Of a stretch of 64,000 nt of DNA, positions 41,635 to 51,439 are shown one piece after another. Made by a program: the position numbers and the translations under genes. Within the stretch, counting starts at the first letter, position 1. Every line of letters begins with the position of its first letter. Location: positions 3,502 through 67,501 of the forward strand of contig JBPOID010000003.1 of NCBI GenBank assembly GCA_052034805.1. The letters are read 5' to 3'. This DNA comes from Candidatus Tayloriibacteriota bacterium (GTDB lineage Bacteria; Patescibacteriota; Minisyncoccia; Phycocordibacterales; PALSA-1337). The notes beneath the pieces were generated by a model. The model was not told the DNA's origin. It did no database searches and saw only the letters and a program-made list of their open reading frames with translations.

Positions 41635-42303
41635 ATGAAAATCTTAATTATTGAGGATGATCCTGATATATCACTATTCATAAAAGTAGGTTTTGAAACC
41701 GAAGGATATGTAGTGGATAGATCATTTGATGGAAAAGAAGGTTCATACATGGCAAGAACAAATAAATACGATGTAATCATTCTAGATAATTCTCTACCAT
41801 TAAAGAACGGTCTAGAAGTATGCGATGAAATAAGGGGTTCTGGCTCAACTGTACCCATTATTTTCTTATCTGTTATAGGAGATACAAATAGGAAAATATT
41901 AGCTTTAGAAAAAGGAGCTGATGATTATATGACAAAACCATTTTCATTCGAAGAATTAAAAGCAAGAATAAAAGCACTTACAAGACGACCTAGGAAAATA
42001 GAAAGTCCAATTATAAAGGTTGGAGAATTGTCTTTGGATATAGAAAAACAAATAGCCTATAGAAATGATAAAGCTATATATTTAACAAGAAAAGAATATA
42101 ATTTATTAGAATATCTGATCAGAAATCATGGAATGGTTGTATCTAGAGGTATGATAATGGAACATGTATGGGATGCAAATAGTGATCCATTTTCAAATAC
42201 TATAGAGGCACATATAGTAAATCTCAGAAAGAAAGTAAATATCGATAATAAGAAAGACATTATAAGAAATGTACCTGGACGAGGTTATATTATTGATGCA
42301 TAA
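41635..42303 (+). CDS. OmpR-family response regulator
   Basis: MKILIIEDDPDI...DVIILDNSLP (receiver Asp) and C-terminal winged-helix ...VWDANSD...RKKV...PGRGY. Confidence 0.9.
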   Translation: MKILIIEDDPDISLFIKVGFETEGYVVDRSFDGKEGSYMARTNKYDVIILDNSLPLKNGLEVCDEIRGSGSTVPIIFLSVIGDTNRKILALEKGADDYMTKPFSFEELKARIKALTRRPRKIESPIIKVGELSLDIEKQIAYRNDKAIYLTRKEYNLLEYLIRNHGMVVSRGMIMEHVWDANSDPFSNTIEAHIVNLRKKVNIDNKKDIIRNVPGRGYIIDA

Positions 42304-42484
42304 CTATAAATTTTATCATTTCTTTATTATTTTTTTATAATTTCTTTATCTGTTATATGTACAATAATCCCAATTATGAAGGTCGACATAATTATCCATT
42401 AAATATTTATAAGACTGTTAGATTATTATTGTTATGGGTATTGGGAATAAACAATAATTACAGTCTTATTTATATTTAATTATA

Positions 42485-43387
42485 TTGATAAATAATATGA
42501 AGGATTTATTAACTTATATACCAATATTAATATTTATAATAATATTATTTAAACTATCTGATAGAGAAATAAAGAAAAGCCTAAATAAAGCAAAAGCATC
42601 AGAAAAACTATTATTATTACAAAAGAAGCAATTAGAAATAGAAATAGGAGAAGAAGCAAATAAACTCAGAGAAAATAGATTTCAGAGAATGAATGAGTTA
42701 TCGAAAGCTGCAGAATTTGGAAAATTGGCTCAAGGCATATTCCACGATCTTATGACTCCCCTAACATCTATAATACTTCATACAGAAAGGTTAGATAAAA
42801 CATCAATAAAAGACATAGAAACAATAAACAATACATTAAAGAAAACAGCTGAGGCCTCACATAAAATGGCTCAGTATATAGAAAATATAAAATCATCCAT
42901 AAGAAATGAGCAAATGAAAAAAGAATGCTTCATTGAACAAGAAATAAATGATGTATTAGATATATTAGGATACAAAATAAGACAAGCAAATATATCTATA
43001 AATAAGAATGTATCAGATAAATATTCTCTGTATGCAGATCAAATAAAGATAAGACAAATTCTATTAAATATAATCTCAAATGCCATAGATTCATATAATG
43101 ATACAGATAAAGAAGATAGAACCATCAATATAAATGTAAGCAAAATAGATAATAATCTAATTATAAAAATAAAAGATAATGGATGTGGTATAAAAAAAGA
43201 AAATATTGATAAAATATTTCAACCATTCTTTTCAACAAAAGATAAAGAGAAAGGTATCGGCATCGGATTAACTACAGTAAAGAAAATAGTGGAGGAGGAT
43301 TTATATGGAAAAATATATGTATATAGTGAAGAAAATAATGGTACCTCTTTAAATATAGAAATACCTCATACAATATATAAATCTTGA
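42485..43387 (+). CDS. Sensor histidine kinase (single TM, HisKA + HATPase_c)
   Basis: H-box GIFHDLMTPL; N/G boxes NIISNAIDS, DNGCGI, GIGIGL. Confidence 0.85.
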   Translation: MINNMKDLLTYIPILIFIIILFKLSDREIKKSLNKAKASEKLLLLQKKQLEIEIGEEANKLRENRFQRMNELSKAAEFGKLAQGIFHDLMTPLTSIILHTERLDKTSIKDIETINNTLKKTAEASHKMAQYIENIKSSIRNEQMKKECFIEQEINDVLDILGYKIRQANISINKNVSDKYSLYADQIKIRQILLNIISNAIDSYNDTDKEDRTININVSKIDNNLIIKIKDNGCGIKKENIDKIFQPFFSTKDKEKGIGIGLTTVKKIVEEDLYGKIYVYSEENNGTSLNIEIPHTIYKS

Positions 43388-43400
43388 TTGATTATATAGA

Positions 43401-44270
43401 TTACACAATATATAAATCTTGATTCATTTCTCCAGAACCTATATACAAAGCCTCCCCTCTTAATATCTTTTCGAATGGTTTACAATAAAAACAACCTTTA
43501 TCACCATTTGGACATAGGAAAACTTCATCTGGAGAAGTATTAGAAGCTTCTTCTCTAGCTTGTTTTACTTTCATCGCTACCTTCATTACTCTATTATAAG
43601 ATTCATCTTTATCTGGTAATAAAACTTCTATAGGTTTATTATCTCTATCTATATACCAATAACTCGCACCATTGACCTTTCTCTTTTGTAAATTTTCAAG
43701 AAGTAATCTATATATAGGTAATTGAAGAGATTCTCCATCTTCTTCATTTTTACCAGTTTTGAAATCTAGAATATGAACACTATCGTCTTCTGGTCTATAT
43801 ATTAGCCAATCTATTTTTCCACAAAGTATTATATTTTCTTCTTCAGATAAAAGAAAATTTGGCGGTAAACCATTTTCCCCATCATTTAATTTCACTGTTT
43901 TATGCAATAAAGGTTCTGGATTATTCTCAACTCTAGACAACATATTCTCTGCCCTTTTCTTTACTTCTATTTCTTCATCTTTATTCAAGAATCCACCATT
44001 TTTACCTGATACTTTTTGCCATACTTTATCTAATATTTCTTTTAATGGCTTTTTGAATCTATCTTCTGCTTTTATTCTATTCTTTGCTAACCCTTCCAAT
44101 ACTTCATGTACAGCAATACCTAGAGAAAGTGCAGGATTAACAATACTTATCTTTCTTCTTGAGTTTTTGTCTTTATATATATTATGTAGATAATACAAGC
44201 GTGGGCATTTCAAAAAATCACCCATTGAAGAATGTGATACCCATACTGCATTATATTTATCCTTATGCAT
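43401..44270 (-). CDS. PD-(D/E)XK nuclease with Cas4/AddB-type Fe-S cysteine cluster (stand-alone Cas4-like)
   Basis: One N-terminal Cys (KCPRLYY). Nuclease motifs GKIDWLIY...HILDFKTGK. C-terminal CPNGDKGCFYCKPF gives the 1+3 Cys arrangement. Confidence 0.65.
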   Translation of the reverse strand: MHKDKYNAVWVSHSSMGDFLKCPRLYYLHNIYKDKNSRRKISIVNPALSLGIAVHEVLEGLAKNRIKAEDRFKKPLKEILDKVWQKVSGKNGGFLNKDEEIEVKKRAENMLSRVENNPEPLLHKTVKLNDGENGLPPNFLLSEEENIILCGKIDWLIYRPEDDSVHILDFKTGKNEEDGESLQLPIYRLLLENLQKRKVNGASYWYIDRDNKPIEVLLPDKDESYNRVMKVAMKVKQAREEASNTSPDEVFLCPNGDKGCFYCKPFEKILRGEALYIGSGEMNQDLYIV

Positions 44271-44278
44271 TTATTCTA

Positions 44279-44956
44279 CTATTCTACTGTGACTTTGTTT
44301 ATTATAATTTTTTCTACTGGTCTATCGTTTTCACCTGTCTTTGTATTTGCTATTGCATCTACAGTCTCTATACCCTCGAGAACATGACCGAAAATAGTGT
44401 AATTATGAGGCAAAGGATAATCTGCATGCATTATAAAGAATTGACTACCATTGGTATTGGGACCAGCATTTGCCATAGCTACAACTCCCCTCTTATAACC
44501 TATTTTATATGATTCTGTATTTGGATTAAGTTCGTCTTCAAATGTGTATCCTGGACCACCCATACCTGTACCAGTAGGATCACCGCCCTGTATCATAAAT
44601 CCTTTTATAACTCTATGGAATATAACTCCATTATAAAAACCCTTATTTGCTAAATCTATAAAATTTTTTGCGGTCTTTGGAGCATCAGAATTATATGTTT
44701 CAAAAACGATTTTACCTTTATTTGTATCTAATGTTATTTTATTCATATTCTTATTTATTATATTATCTGATTTTGTGCTTGTACTTATATTTATATTATT
44801 ATTTTCTATTGTTGTAGTGAATTCATTTTCTTTTATTATATTGATTTCATTATTTTTCTTAATATTCGTTGAGAAATAATAAATACCTAGAATTACAAGA
44901 ATAATAATTATAATAATACCTATATAAAATGGTGCTTGTGATTTTTGTTCATTCAT
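44279..44956 (-). CDS. Cyclophilin-type peptidyl-prolyl cis-trans isomerase, N-terminally membrane-anchored
   Basis: FHRVIKGFMIQGGDP...GYKRGVVAMANAGPNTNGSQFFI. N-terminal TM helix. Confidence 0.9.
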   Translation of the reverse strand: MNEQKSQAPFYIGIIIIIILVILGIYYFSTNIKKNNEINIIKENEFTTTIENNNINISTSTKSDNIINKNMNKITLDTNKGKIVFETYNSDAPKTAKNFIDLANKGFYNGVIFHRVIKGFMIQGGDPTGTGMGGPGYTFEDELNPNTESYKIGYKRGVVAMANAGPNTNGSQFFIMHADYPLPHNYTIFGHVLEGIETVDAIANTKTGENDRPVEKIIINKVTVE

Positions 44957-44958
44957 AA

Positions 44959-45966
44959 TTAGAGATTATATAACAACTTTGCAGTTTCAACTACTTTACT
45001 TAAAGCTTGTTCTAATGGCATAGACAATACAGCACCAGCAGCTGCTGTATGTCCACCTCCACCCAAAGCTTTTGCTAATAAAGATACATTATATTTATCT
45101 GAATCCCTTGTTCTTAGACTTATTTTAACAATATTAGGTTTAACTTCTACCATAGAGATTCCTATATTCCAACCTATAACTGATTTCAATATATTAGATA
45201 CATCATGAACACTTATTAGATTTATATCTATATTCTTACTTTTCAAATCATCATTTGATACCATAGATACAGCGATATTATCATTAAAATAAGTCTTTAT
45301 AGAGTTTAAAGCTAATGCTTTGAAATATATAGATTCTTTATTTTCACTATTTTCCATAATAAAAATAGTTTTATGATAATCTGGAGCTATTTTTGCAAGC
45401 TCACTAACTATTTCTAATGTGCGATAATCTGTTAATTGATATTTGAATCCTCCAGTATCTGTATATATACCCATAAATAAGTTCAGAGCAATAGAATAAT
45501 CTATTTTTATATTCCATTCCTTGAATAAATCAAATAACATTTGAGATGTAGCTGGATAATCGGAATCTACAAAATTTATATCTCCATATTTAGTATTGGT
45601 TAAATGATGATCTATTACAATACTTTTTATTGATAATGGAAATATTGGAGTCTTTATACCAGATATCATTTCTCTTGTAGATGAATCTAATATTATAAAT
45701 AAATCAAAGTCTTCTATATTTATTTCACTAAAATTCTTTTGAAGAATATCTTTGGCGCCAGGAAAATGCATAAAAGCTTGTGGTATTTCTGAATCACCTT
45801 TTATGACAGTAACTTTTTTATTTAGCCCTTCTAATGCAAACTTCATAGCCAAAGCAGATCCCATACTATCTGGATCTGGAGAAGGATGACAATGTAGAAG
45901 TATTGATTTTGACTTATTTATTTCATCTAAAATCTGTTTTGAAATCTCTTTTATATTATTTTCCAT
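44959..45966 (-). CDS. nrnA: DHH/DHHA1 phosphoesterase (NrnA-like oligoribonuclease/pAp phosphatase)
   Basis: LLHCHPSPDPDSMGSALAM (DHH motifs) and C-terminal GGGHTAAAG (DHHA1). Confidence 0.8.
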   Translation of the reverse strand: MENNIKEISKQILDEINKSKSILLHCHPSPDPDSMGSALAMKFALEGLNKKVTVIKGDSEIPQAFMHFPGAKDILQKNFSEINIEDFDLFIILDSSTREMISGIKTPIFPLSIKSIVIDHHLTNTKYGDINFVDSDYPATSQMLFDLFKEWNIKIDYSIALNLFMGIYTDTGGFKYQLTDYRTLEIVSELAKIAPDYHKTIFIMENSENKESIYFKALALNSIKTYFNDNIAVSMVSNDDLKSKNIDINLISVHDVSNILKSVIGWNIGISMVEVKPNIVKISLRTRDSDKYNVSLLAKALGGGGHTAAAGAVLSMPLEQALSKVVETAKLLYNL

Positions 45967-46023
45967 ATCTTTATATTCTATCTTTAACTAAATTAATTCT
46001 ATAATCTAATCAATAAATCAAAT

Positions 46024-46099
46024 TGGAGCCGATGATCGGGATCGAACCGATGGCCTCCCCATTACCAATGGGGTGCTCTACCAACCGAGCTACATCGGC
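46024..46099 (-). tRNA. tRNA-Thr (anticodon GGT), CCA encoded
   Basis: Reverse complement GCCGATGTAGCTCGGTTGGTAGAGCACCCCATTGGTAATGGGGAGGCCATCGGTTCGATCCCGATCATCGGCTCCA: 7-bp acceptor, D arm GCTC/GAGC, anticodon loop TTGGTAA, T arm ATCGG-TTCGATC-CCGAT. Confidence 0.85.
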
Positions 46100-46152
46100 G
46101 ATATAAACCTTATATTACAATAAAATATAAAAATTAACTATCTTTTAATATC

Positions 46153-47472
46153 CTATTTAGGCAATTCAACTGTAACTGTTGTACCAACATTTAATTCTGA
46201 AGAAAGAAAGATTGTACCTCCATGAAGTTCTATTATTTTCTTTGATATATATAGACCTATACCACTTTCATTTGGTTCTATAGATATAGCATTCTTCGAT
46301 CTATGAAGTCTATAGAAAACATAAGGCAAATCACCTGAAGCAATACCTATTCCGGTATCTCTAACAGTAATTCTTACAAAAGAAGGTATTTCTTCTACTG
46401 TAATAGTTACATGACCTTTCGGAGAATACTTTATTGCATTATCTATTATATTTGCAAGAGCAGGTCTCATTTTCTCTCTATCTGCATTTATAAGGAAAGA
46501 GCTAGGAGCAATGAAAGAAACTTTAACTGATTTCTTTATTATAAGGAAATTTAATTCAGCAATGATAGATTGTATTATTCCGACAATATCTACTTTTTCT
46601 ATATATATTTTTACCGAATTCTCTGTATCTTCTGCGGTTTTTAGCATTTGATTCACAACTTCTATAGCACCTTTTATTCTATCCATACCAGCATCTATAA
46701 GAGATATAGTCTCTTGTGGTAGGGATTGTGAGGACTTTATCATTTCTAATGTCCATTTTACAGCTGATAAAGGTGTACGTAATTGATGTTGTGCAACGCT
46801 CAAGAAATCCCCTTTCAGGCTATCTATTTGTACAGTTTCTGCTAATTTCTTTGCAGTCTCTTCATTTCTATATTTATGATACATTATTTCTATAATCAAA
46901 CTATATACAAAATAAGATATAACACCTATAAGAAATGTTTCTATTATATGTTTAGCAATAAGTGCAGAATCAATACTCGCAGATGGAGTGAAAACTATCA
47001 TAAAAGCAAAAGCTATAGTTATGACCATGCCCATTATTCTGGTATATATTCTATCCAAGAATACAGAAGTAGATATTATAGGAAAAAATAAAGTAAATAT
47101 AAAAGAACTATTAGTACCGCCTGTTATATATATTACATATAAGAAAAATAATACATAAGCATATATAGCAAGTACAAATAATGCATTCTTTTTCAAGAAT
47201 TCATTTAATGTAACTAATATAAAATACACTATACCTATCGCAAATAAAGCCATAACAGCATTATCTATATTCTCATTAAGCCATGTAAAGTATTGAGGGA
47301 GAAAATAAACAAAAAAACCAACAACAACTGGTATAAGTGCCCCCATCAAGCCTAGAGCATAATAATATTTCTTGAGTTGTAGGGCCGATAATTCTTGTGA
47401 GCTTTTATTAACTTTATTATCTGTATTTTTTACTATCTCATTATTTATATTATTTTTATTTAAAGGTTCCAT
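46153..47472 (-). CDS. Sensor histidine kinase with ~6 N-terminal TM helices
   Basis: H-box SVAQHQLRTPLSAV; ATP-binding NIIDNAIKYS, DTGIGI, GIGLYISKKIIELHGG. Confidence 0.85.
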   Translation of the reverse strand: MEPLNKNNINNEIVKNTDNKVNKSSQELSALQLKKYYYALGLMGALIPVVVGFFVYFLPQYFTWLNENIDNAVMALFAIGIVYFILVTLNEFLKKNALFVLAIYAYVLFFLYVIYITGGTNSSFIFTLFFPIISTSVFLDRIYTRIMGMVITIAFAFMIVFTPSASIDSALIAKHIIETFLIGVISYFVYSLIIEIMYHKYRNEETAKKLAETVQIDSLKGDFLSVAQHQLRTPLSAVKWTLEMIKSSQSLPQETISLIDAGMDRIKGAIEVVNQMLKTAEDTENSVKIYIEKVDIVGIIQSIIAELNFLIIKKSVKVSFIAPSSFLINADREKMRPALANIIDNAIKYSPKGHVTITVEEIPSFVRITVRDTGIGIASGDLPYVFYRLHRSKNAISIEPNESGIGLYISKKIIELHGGTIFLSSELNVGTTVTVELPK

Positions 47473-47500
47473 TTATATTTTTACTAAAATTTGTACTATG

Positions 47501-47575
47501 CGCGGTCGACGGGACTCGAACCCGCAACCTCTCCCGTGACAGGGGAGTGCTCTAACCAAATTGAGCTACGACCGC
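47501..47575 (-). tRNA. tRNA-Asp (anticodon GTC)
   Basis: Reverse complement GCGGTCGTAGCTCAATTTGGTTAGAGCACTCCCCTGTCACGGGAGAGGTTGCGGGTTCGAGTCCCGTCGACCGCG; anticodon loop CTGTCAC. Confidence 0.85.
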
Positions 47576-47659
47576 ATAATAAAACTAATAAAATAAGCTC
47601 ATGAACAGAGCAATATCTTATTTTTGTTATTATACACGATTCTATGAATTTTTAAAGGG

Positions 47660-47733
47660 TGTCGGCGGAAGGGATCGAACCTTCGACCTTGGGCTTATGA
47701 GTCCCACGCTCTAGCCAACTGAGCTACGCCGAC
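47660..47733 (-). tRNA. tRNA with CAT anticodon (Met/fMet, or Ile2 if lysidinylated)
   Basis: Reverse complement GTCGGCGTAGCTCAGTTGGCTAGAGCGTGGGACTCATAAGCCCAAGGTCGAAGGTTCGATCCCTTCCGCCGACA; anticodon loop CTCATAA. Three consecutive G-C pairs in the anticodon stem hint at an initiator type. Confidence 0.75.
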
Positions 47734-47755
47734 ATATGAATTGTTGAAATAATTG

Positions 47756-47827
<72 letters not shown>

Positions 47828-47923
47828 ATAAGGCATAGTGTAACATAAAAAATATATAACGCAAGGGGTTCGCAATATCAGAATAGCTTGGAATAAGCTA
47901 ATAATTTACTGATTTACTAGGTA

Positions 47924-48529
47924 TTAAATAGATATATGATAAAATTCTTCGAATACTTTTTTATAAAGATCTATAACCTTTTTTGCTTCTAATTGATTCA
48001 AAGAGAAATCAGAGCCACCATGGGCTATAGCATTTCTTATTTTATGAGCTTCCCAAGCTTCATCTAATGATTTAAAATCACCCTTATTTACCCTTTTTAA
48101 TTTTTCACCCAAACTCTCTCCCCTATAACCAAGTTTAGTAATTAAATTATCCAATATTGTATCAGCATCTATAATAGCCTGTTTCCAATCATTCTGATTC
48201 GGAGAGTCTATATGACTTAATACTTTATTCCAACGCTTACCCAACTCTTCATCTATTTCTTTATCTTCTGTATAAGCTATTTCAATAGGTTTATTATATA
48301 TTTCATCCTCTTTCTTTCTAACATTCTTTATACCTTCAACTGATATTATTATTCCAATTAAAAATACAACAGATAATATTATACATATAGCCAAAACCCA
48401 ACCCTTTATAGAGTTTATGAAATAAAAAGCGCTGGGATAAGAACCTGTTAAGAAATTTAAAAGATTTTTAAAATAATAAGGTACATCTATACTAGGTACA
48501 CTTATTATTTCATTTACTTCTGCTAACAT
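47924..48529 (-). CDS. Membrane-anchored hypothetical protein with C-terminal R-x4-H (HEPN-like RNxxAH) motif
   Basis: TM helix GWVLAICIILSVVFLIGIIISV. C-terminal domain contains EAWEAHKIRNAIAHGG. Confidence 0.45.
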   Translation of the reverse strand: MLAEVNEIISVPSIDVPYYFKNLLNFLTGSYPSAFYFINSIKGWVLAICIILSVVFLIGIIISVEGIKNVRKKEDEIYNKPIEIAYTEDKEIDEELGKRWNKVLSHIDSPNQNDWKQAIIDADTILDNLITKLGYRGESLGEKLKRVNKGDFKSLDEAWEAHKIRNAIAHGGSDFSLNQLEAKKVIDLYKKVFEEFYHISI

Positions 48530-48547
48530 GTATATATTATAGCAAGT

Positions 48548-49984
48548 TTATTGCTCGTCTAGGAAGTCTTTACCTATTTCAAAAAGAGTATTTTCATCAC
48601 CATGACGAGCAGTCATCTGTATTCCTAGGGGTAATTTCTTCCCTTCTATCTCTGAATATCCTGATGGTATAGATATAGCAGGCATACCTGTAAGATTCGC
48701 TGTAACAGTGAATATATCTTCCAAATACATAGCAACTGGATCAGATGTCTTTTCTCCAATTTTGAAAGCTGGAGCTGGAGTAGTAGGTGTAAGAACTATA
48801 TCAACTTCTTTGAATGCTTTTATAAAATCTTCTGTAATAACTCTTCTTAATGCATTTGCGCGATTATAATATGCATCATAATATCCCGAAGAAAGAACGT
48901 ATGTTCCTAAAAGAATTCTTCTTCTCGCTTCTTTACCGAATCCAACACCTCTAGTTTCAAAATAATCTCTAACTATATCTTTTCCATCTTTATGTAAACC
49001 ATATTTTACTCCATCAAAGCGAGCTAGATTGGAAGAAACTTCAGCTGGCATTATCACATAATACACAGGTAATGAATAAGCGATATTTGGTAGATTTATA
49101 TCTTTTATTTCATAACCTTTTTTCTTGAATGTATTTTCAATTCCTTTAAAATTATTTAGAACATCTTTATTTATTCCTTCACCACCAAGAAAATGTCTGG
49201 GTATACCTATAATCGGTTTCTTTTTGCCTAATCTATCTATACTGTATGTATTAGGAGATATAGTAGTACCATCATGAATATCTTTACCCTTTATAGTATT
49301 AAAAACTATTTCTGTATCTGAAACTGTTTTTGCTATTGGACTTATTTGATCCAATGATGAACCCATAGCCATAACACCATAACGCGAAACTTGTCCATAT
49401 GTAGGTTTCAATCCTACTAGACCACAGAGACTTGCTGGCTGTCTGATAGAACCTCCGGTGTCTGATCCGAGTGAAACAAGCGCTCCATCCATAGCCACGG
49501 CTGCGGCAGAACCACCTGAAGAACCCCCCGCCACGCGCGTGGTATCGTGAGGATTTTTCGTAACACCGAAAGCAGAATTTTCTGTTGAACCACCCATGGC
49601 GAATTCATCCATATTTGTTCTACCGATAAATATTGCACCCTGTTCTTTTAACCTAATAATAACAGTAGCGTCATAAGTAGCATGATAATCATCTAGAATC
49701 TTGGAAGCAGAAGTTACTTTTTTACCTTTTATAAGAATATTGTCTTTTATGGCAAAAGGTATACCAGTAAGAAGATTGGCTTTACCAGATTTTATTTTCT
49801 TATCTGCTTCTTTTGCTTGTTCTAGAACATCATCGTAAACTTCTAAATAAGCATTTATATCTTTATTTTTCTTAGAAATGATATCTAGATAAGCTTTGAC
49901 CAAATCAACCGAAGTGAAATCCCCTTTTACAAGAGATGAATGGGCTTTCTTTATGGTTAAATTCTTCAAGTCTATATTTACCAT
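48548..49984 (-). CDS. gatA: Glutamyl-tRNA(Gln)/aspartyl-tRNA(Asn) amidotransferase subunit A
   Basis: Amidase signature GGSSGGSAAAVA, LTGIPFAIKDNI, 478 aa. Confidence 0.88.
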   Translation of the reverse strand: MVNIDLKNLTIKKAHSSLVKGDFTSVDLVKAYLDIISKKNKDINAYLEVYDDVLEQAKEADKKIKSGKANLLTGIPFAIKDNILIKGKKVTSASKILDDYHATYDATVIIRLKEQGAIFIGRTNMDEFAMGGSTENSAFGVTKNPHDTTRVAGGSSGGSAAAVAMDGALVSLGSDTGGSIRQPASLCGLVGLKPTYGQVSRYGVMAMGSSLDQISPIAKTVSDTEIVFNTIKGKDIHDGTTISPNTYSIDRLGKKKPIIGIPRHFLGGEGINKDVLNNFKGIENTFKKKGYEIKDINLPNIAYSLPVYYVIMPAEVSSNLARFDGVKYGLHKDGKDIVRDYFETRGVGFGKEARRRILLGTYVLSSGYYDAYYNRANALRRVITEDFIKAFKEVDIVLTPTTPAPAFKIGEKTSDPVAMYLEDIFTVTANLTGMPAISIPSGYSEIEGKKLPLGIQMTARHGDENTLFEIGKDFLDEQ

Positions 49985-50085
49985 ATATTTTATATTAACA
50001 ATATATCATAAAAAGAAAAAACCGCCATTTCTAGCGATTTATTCTATTAAATATTTTCAATCAATTAAATAACCAGAGAGTAATA

Positions 50086-51120
50086 TTATACAGTTGATGA
50101 ATATACATCTTTTTCAACACGTAAAGCTATTCTAGTCATCATTTCTACTGATTCTACAGGATAATCACCCAAAGTTGTCTCTTCAGAAAGCATTACGGCA
50201 TCTGTACCGTCTATAATAGCATTAGCAACATCAGAAACTTCTGCACGTGTTGGCACTGGACTCTTTATCATTGATTCTAACATTTGTGTAGCTGTGATAA
50301 CCGGCTTATTCATTGCATTACATTTCTGTATTAACATTTTCTGAACCATAGGCACTTCTTCTGCTGGTATTTCTATACCTAGATCTCCACGAGCGATCAT
50401 CACACCATCAGTAAGTCTTATAATCTCATCTATATTATCTAGAGCTTCTGGAGTTTCTATTTTCGCTATTATGCGAGCATTTGATCCTTCTCTTTTTAAT
50501 ATATCTCTTAATTCTAGAATATCTGATGGTCGTCTTATGAATGAAAGTGCAAAATAATCTACTTTATTCTTTATACCGAATATCAAATCACTTTTATCTT
50601 TTTCTGTAATAGAACTTATAGATAAATAAGCTCCAGGAATATTAACTCCTCTTTTACTCTTTATATCTCCACCAATAATAACCTTTGTTATTATTTTATT
50701 TCCATCAATACCGGTAATCTGTAATTTCTTTTTTCCATCATGAAGAAGTATATAACCACCAACTCTTACTTCTTCAGGTAATAGAGGATAATTCACATTA
50801 ACTATATTTTCATTTCCTATAATATTATCAGTAGTCAATACGAATTCATGACCAGGTTTTAGATTTATAGAACCATTTTCGAATTCTCCTATTCTTATTT
50901 TAGGACCACTTAAATCTTGTATTATTTCTATATTCTTATTTGTATTCTTCATTACTGTTCTCATATTATCAACACGATGTTGATGCTCTGAGAAATCACC
51001 ATGAGAGAAATTCAAACGCATAATATTCATACCTGCATTTACAAGTGCTGTGAGCTTCTCTATTGAACTAGTAGCTGGTCCTATCGTACAGACTATCTTT
51101 GTTTTCTTTTTAGAAATCAT
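50086..51120 (-). CDS. pyk: Pyruvate kinase, short form lacking the C-terminal regulatory domain
   Basis: [12 protein letters not shown]...[12 protein letters not shown]...GPKIRIG...[12 protein letters not shown]. The 344-aa protein ends after the A-domain. Confidence 0.85.
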   Translation of the reverse strand: MISKKKTKIVCTIGPATSSIEKLTALVNAGMNIMRLNFSHGDFSEHQHRVDNMRTVMKNTNKNIEIIQDLSGPKIRIGEFENGSINLKPGHEFVLTTDNIIGNENIVNVNYPLLPEEVRVGGYILLHDGKKKLQITGIDGNKIITKVIIGGDIKSKRGVNIPGAYLSISSITEKDKSDLIFGIKNKVDYFALSFIRRPSDILELRDILKREGSNARIIAKIETPEALDNIDEIIRLTDGVMIARGDLGIEIPAEEVPMVQKMLIQKCNAMNKPVITATQMLESMIKSPVPTRAEVSDVANAIIDGTDAVMLSEETTLGDYPVESVEMMTRIALRVEKDVYSSTV

Positions 51121-51222
51121 ATATAAATTAAGCTTTATTAATAATCCAATATCATGAATAATCTGAATTTATAGGGTCCATTCATTTCAAAATATGGATT
51201 TATAAATATATCATAAAAAAGA

Positions 51223-51246
51223 AAAATCGCCAATAGTGGCGATTTT
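51223..51246 (-). terminator. Rho-independent terminator immediately downstream of the 16S rRNA transcription unit
   Basis: AAAATCGCCA-atag-TGGCGATTTT perfect 10-bp stem. On the minus strand it is followed by TTTTCTTTTTTATGAT. Located 12 nt past the 3' half of the rRNA processing stem. Confidence 0.7.
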
Positions 51247-51258
51247 CTTTTACTGTAC

Positions 51259-51276
51259 TTTATTTTGTTCCGTTCA
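51259..51276 (-). other. 3' half of the pre-16S rRNA processing stem (pairs with 53065..53082)
   Basis: TTTATTTTGTTCCGTTCA is the exact reverse complement of TGAACGGAACAAAATAAA at 53065..53082. The two flank the 16S gene in a single transcript orientation, typical of an RNase III processing helix. Confidence 0.7.
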
Positions 51277-51439
51277 CTCGGAGAGTATCTCTATAGAGGA
51301 TACCCTCCTGTGCCCTTTATCTTGCGGGCTAAGTGTTCACTTTAAAGATGTAGAACAATAATCTTTGCTTGTGATAAATAAATATCAACAAAAATCGACT
51401 CGGTCAGATAATCTGAGTAAACTCAGACATATCGTATGA

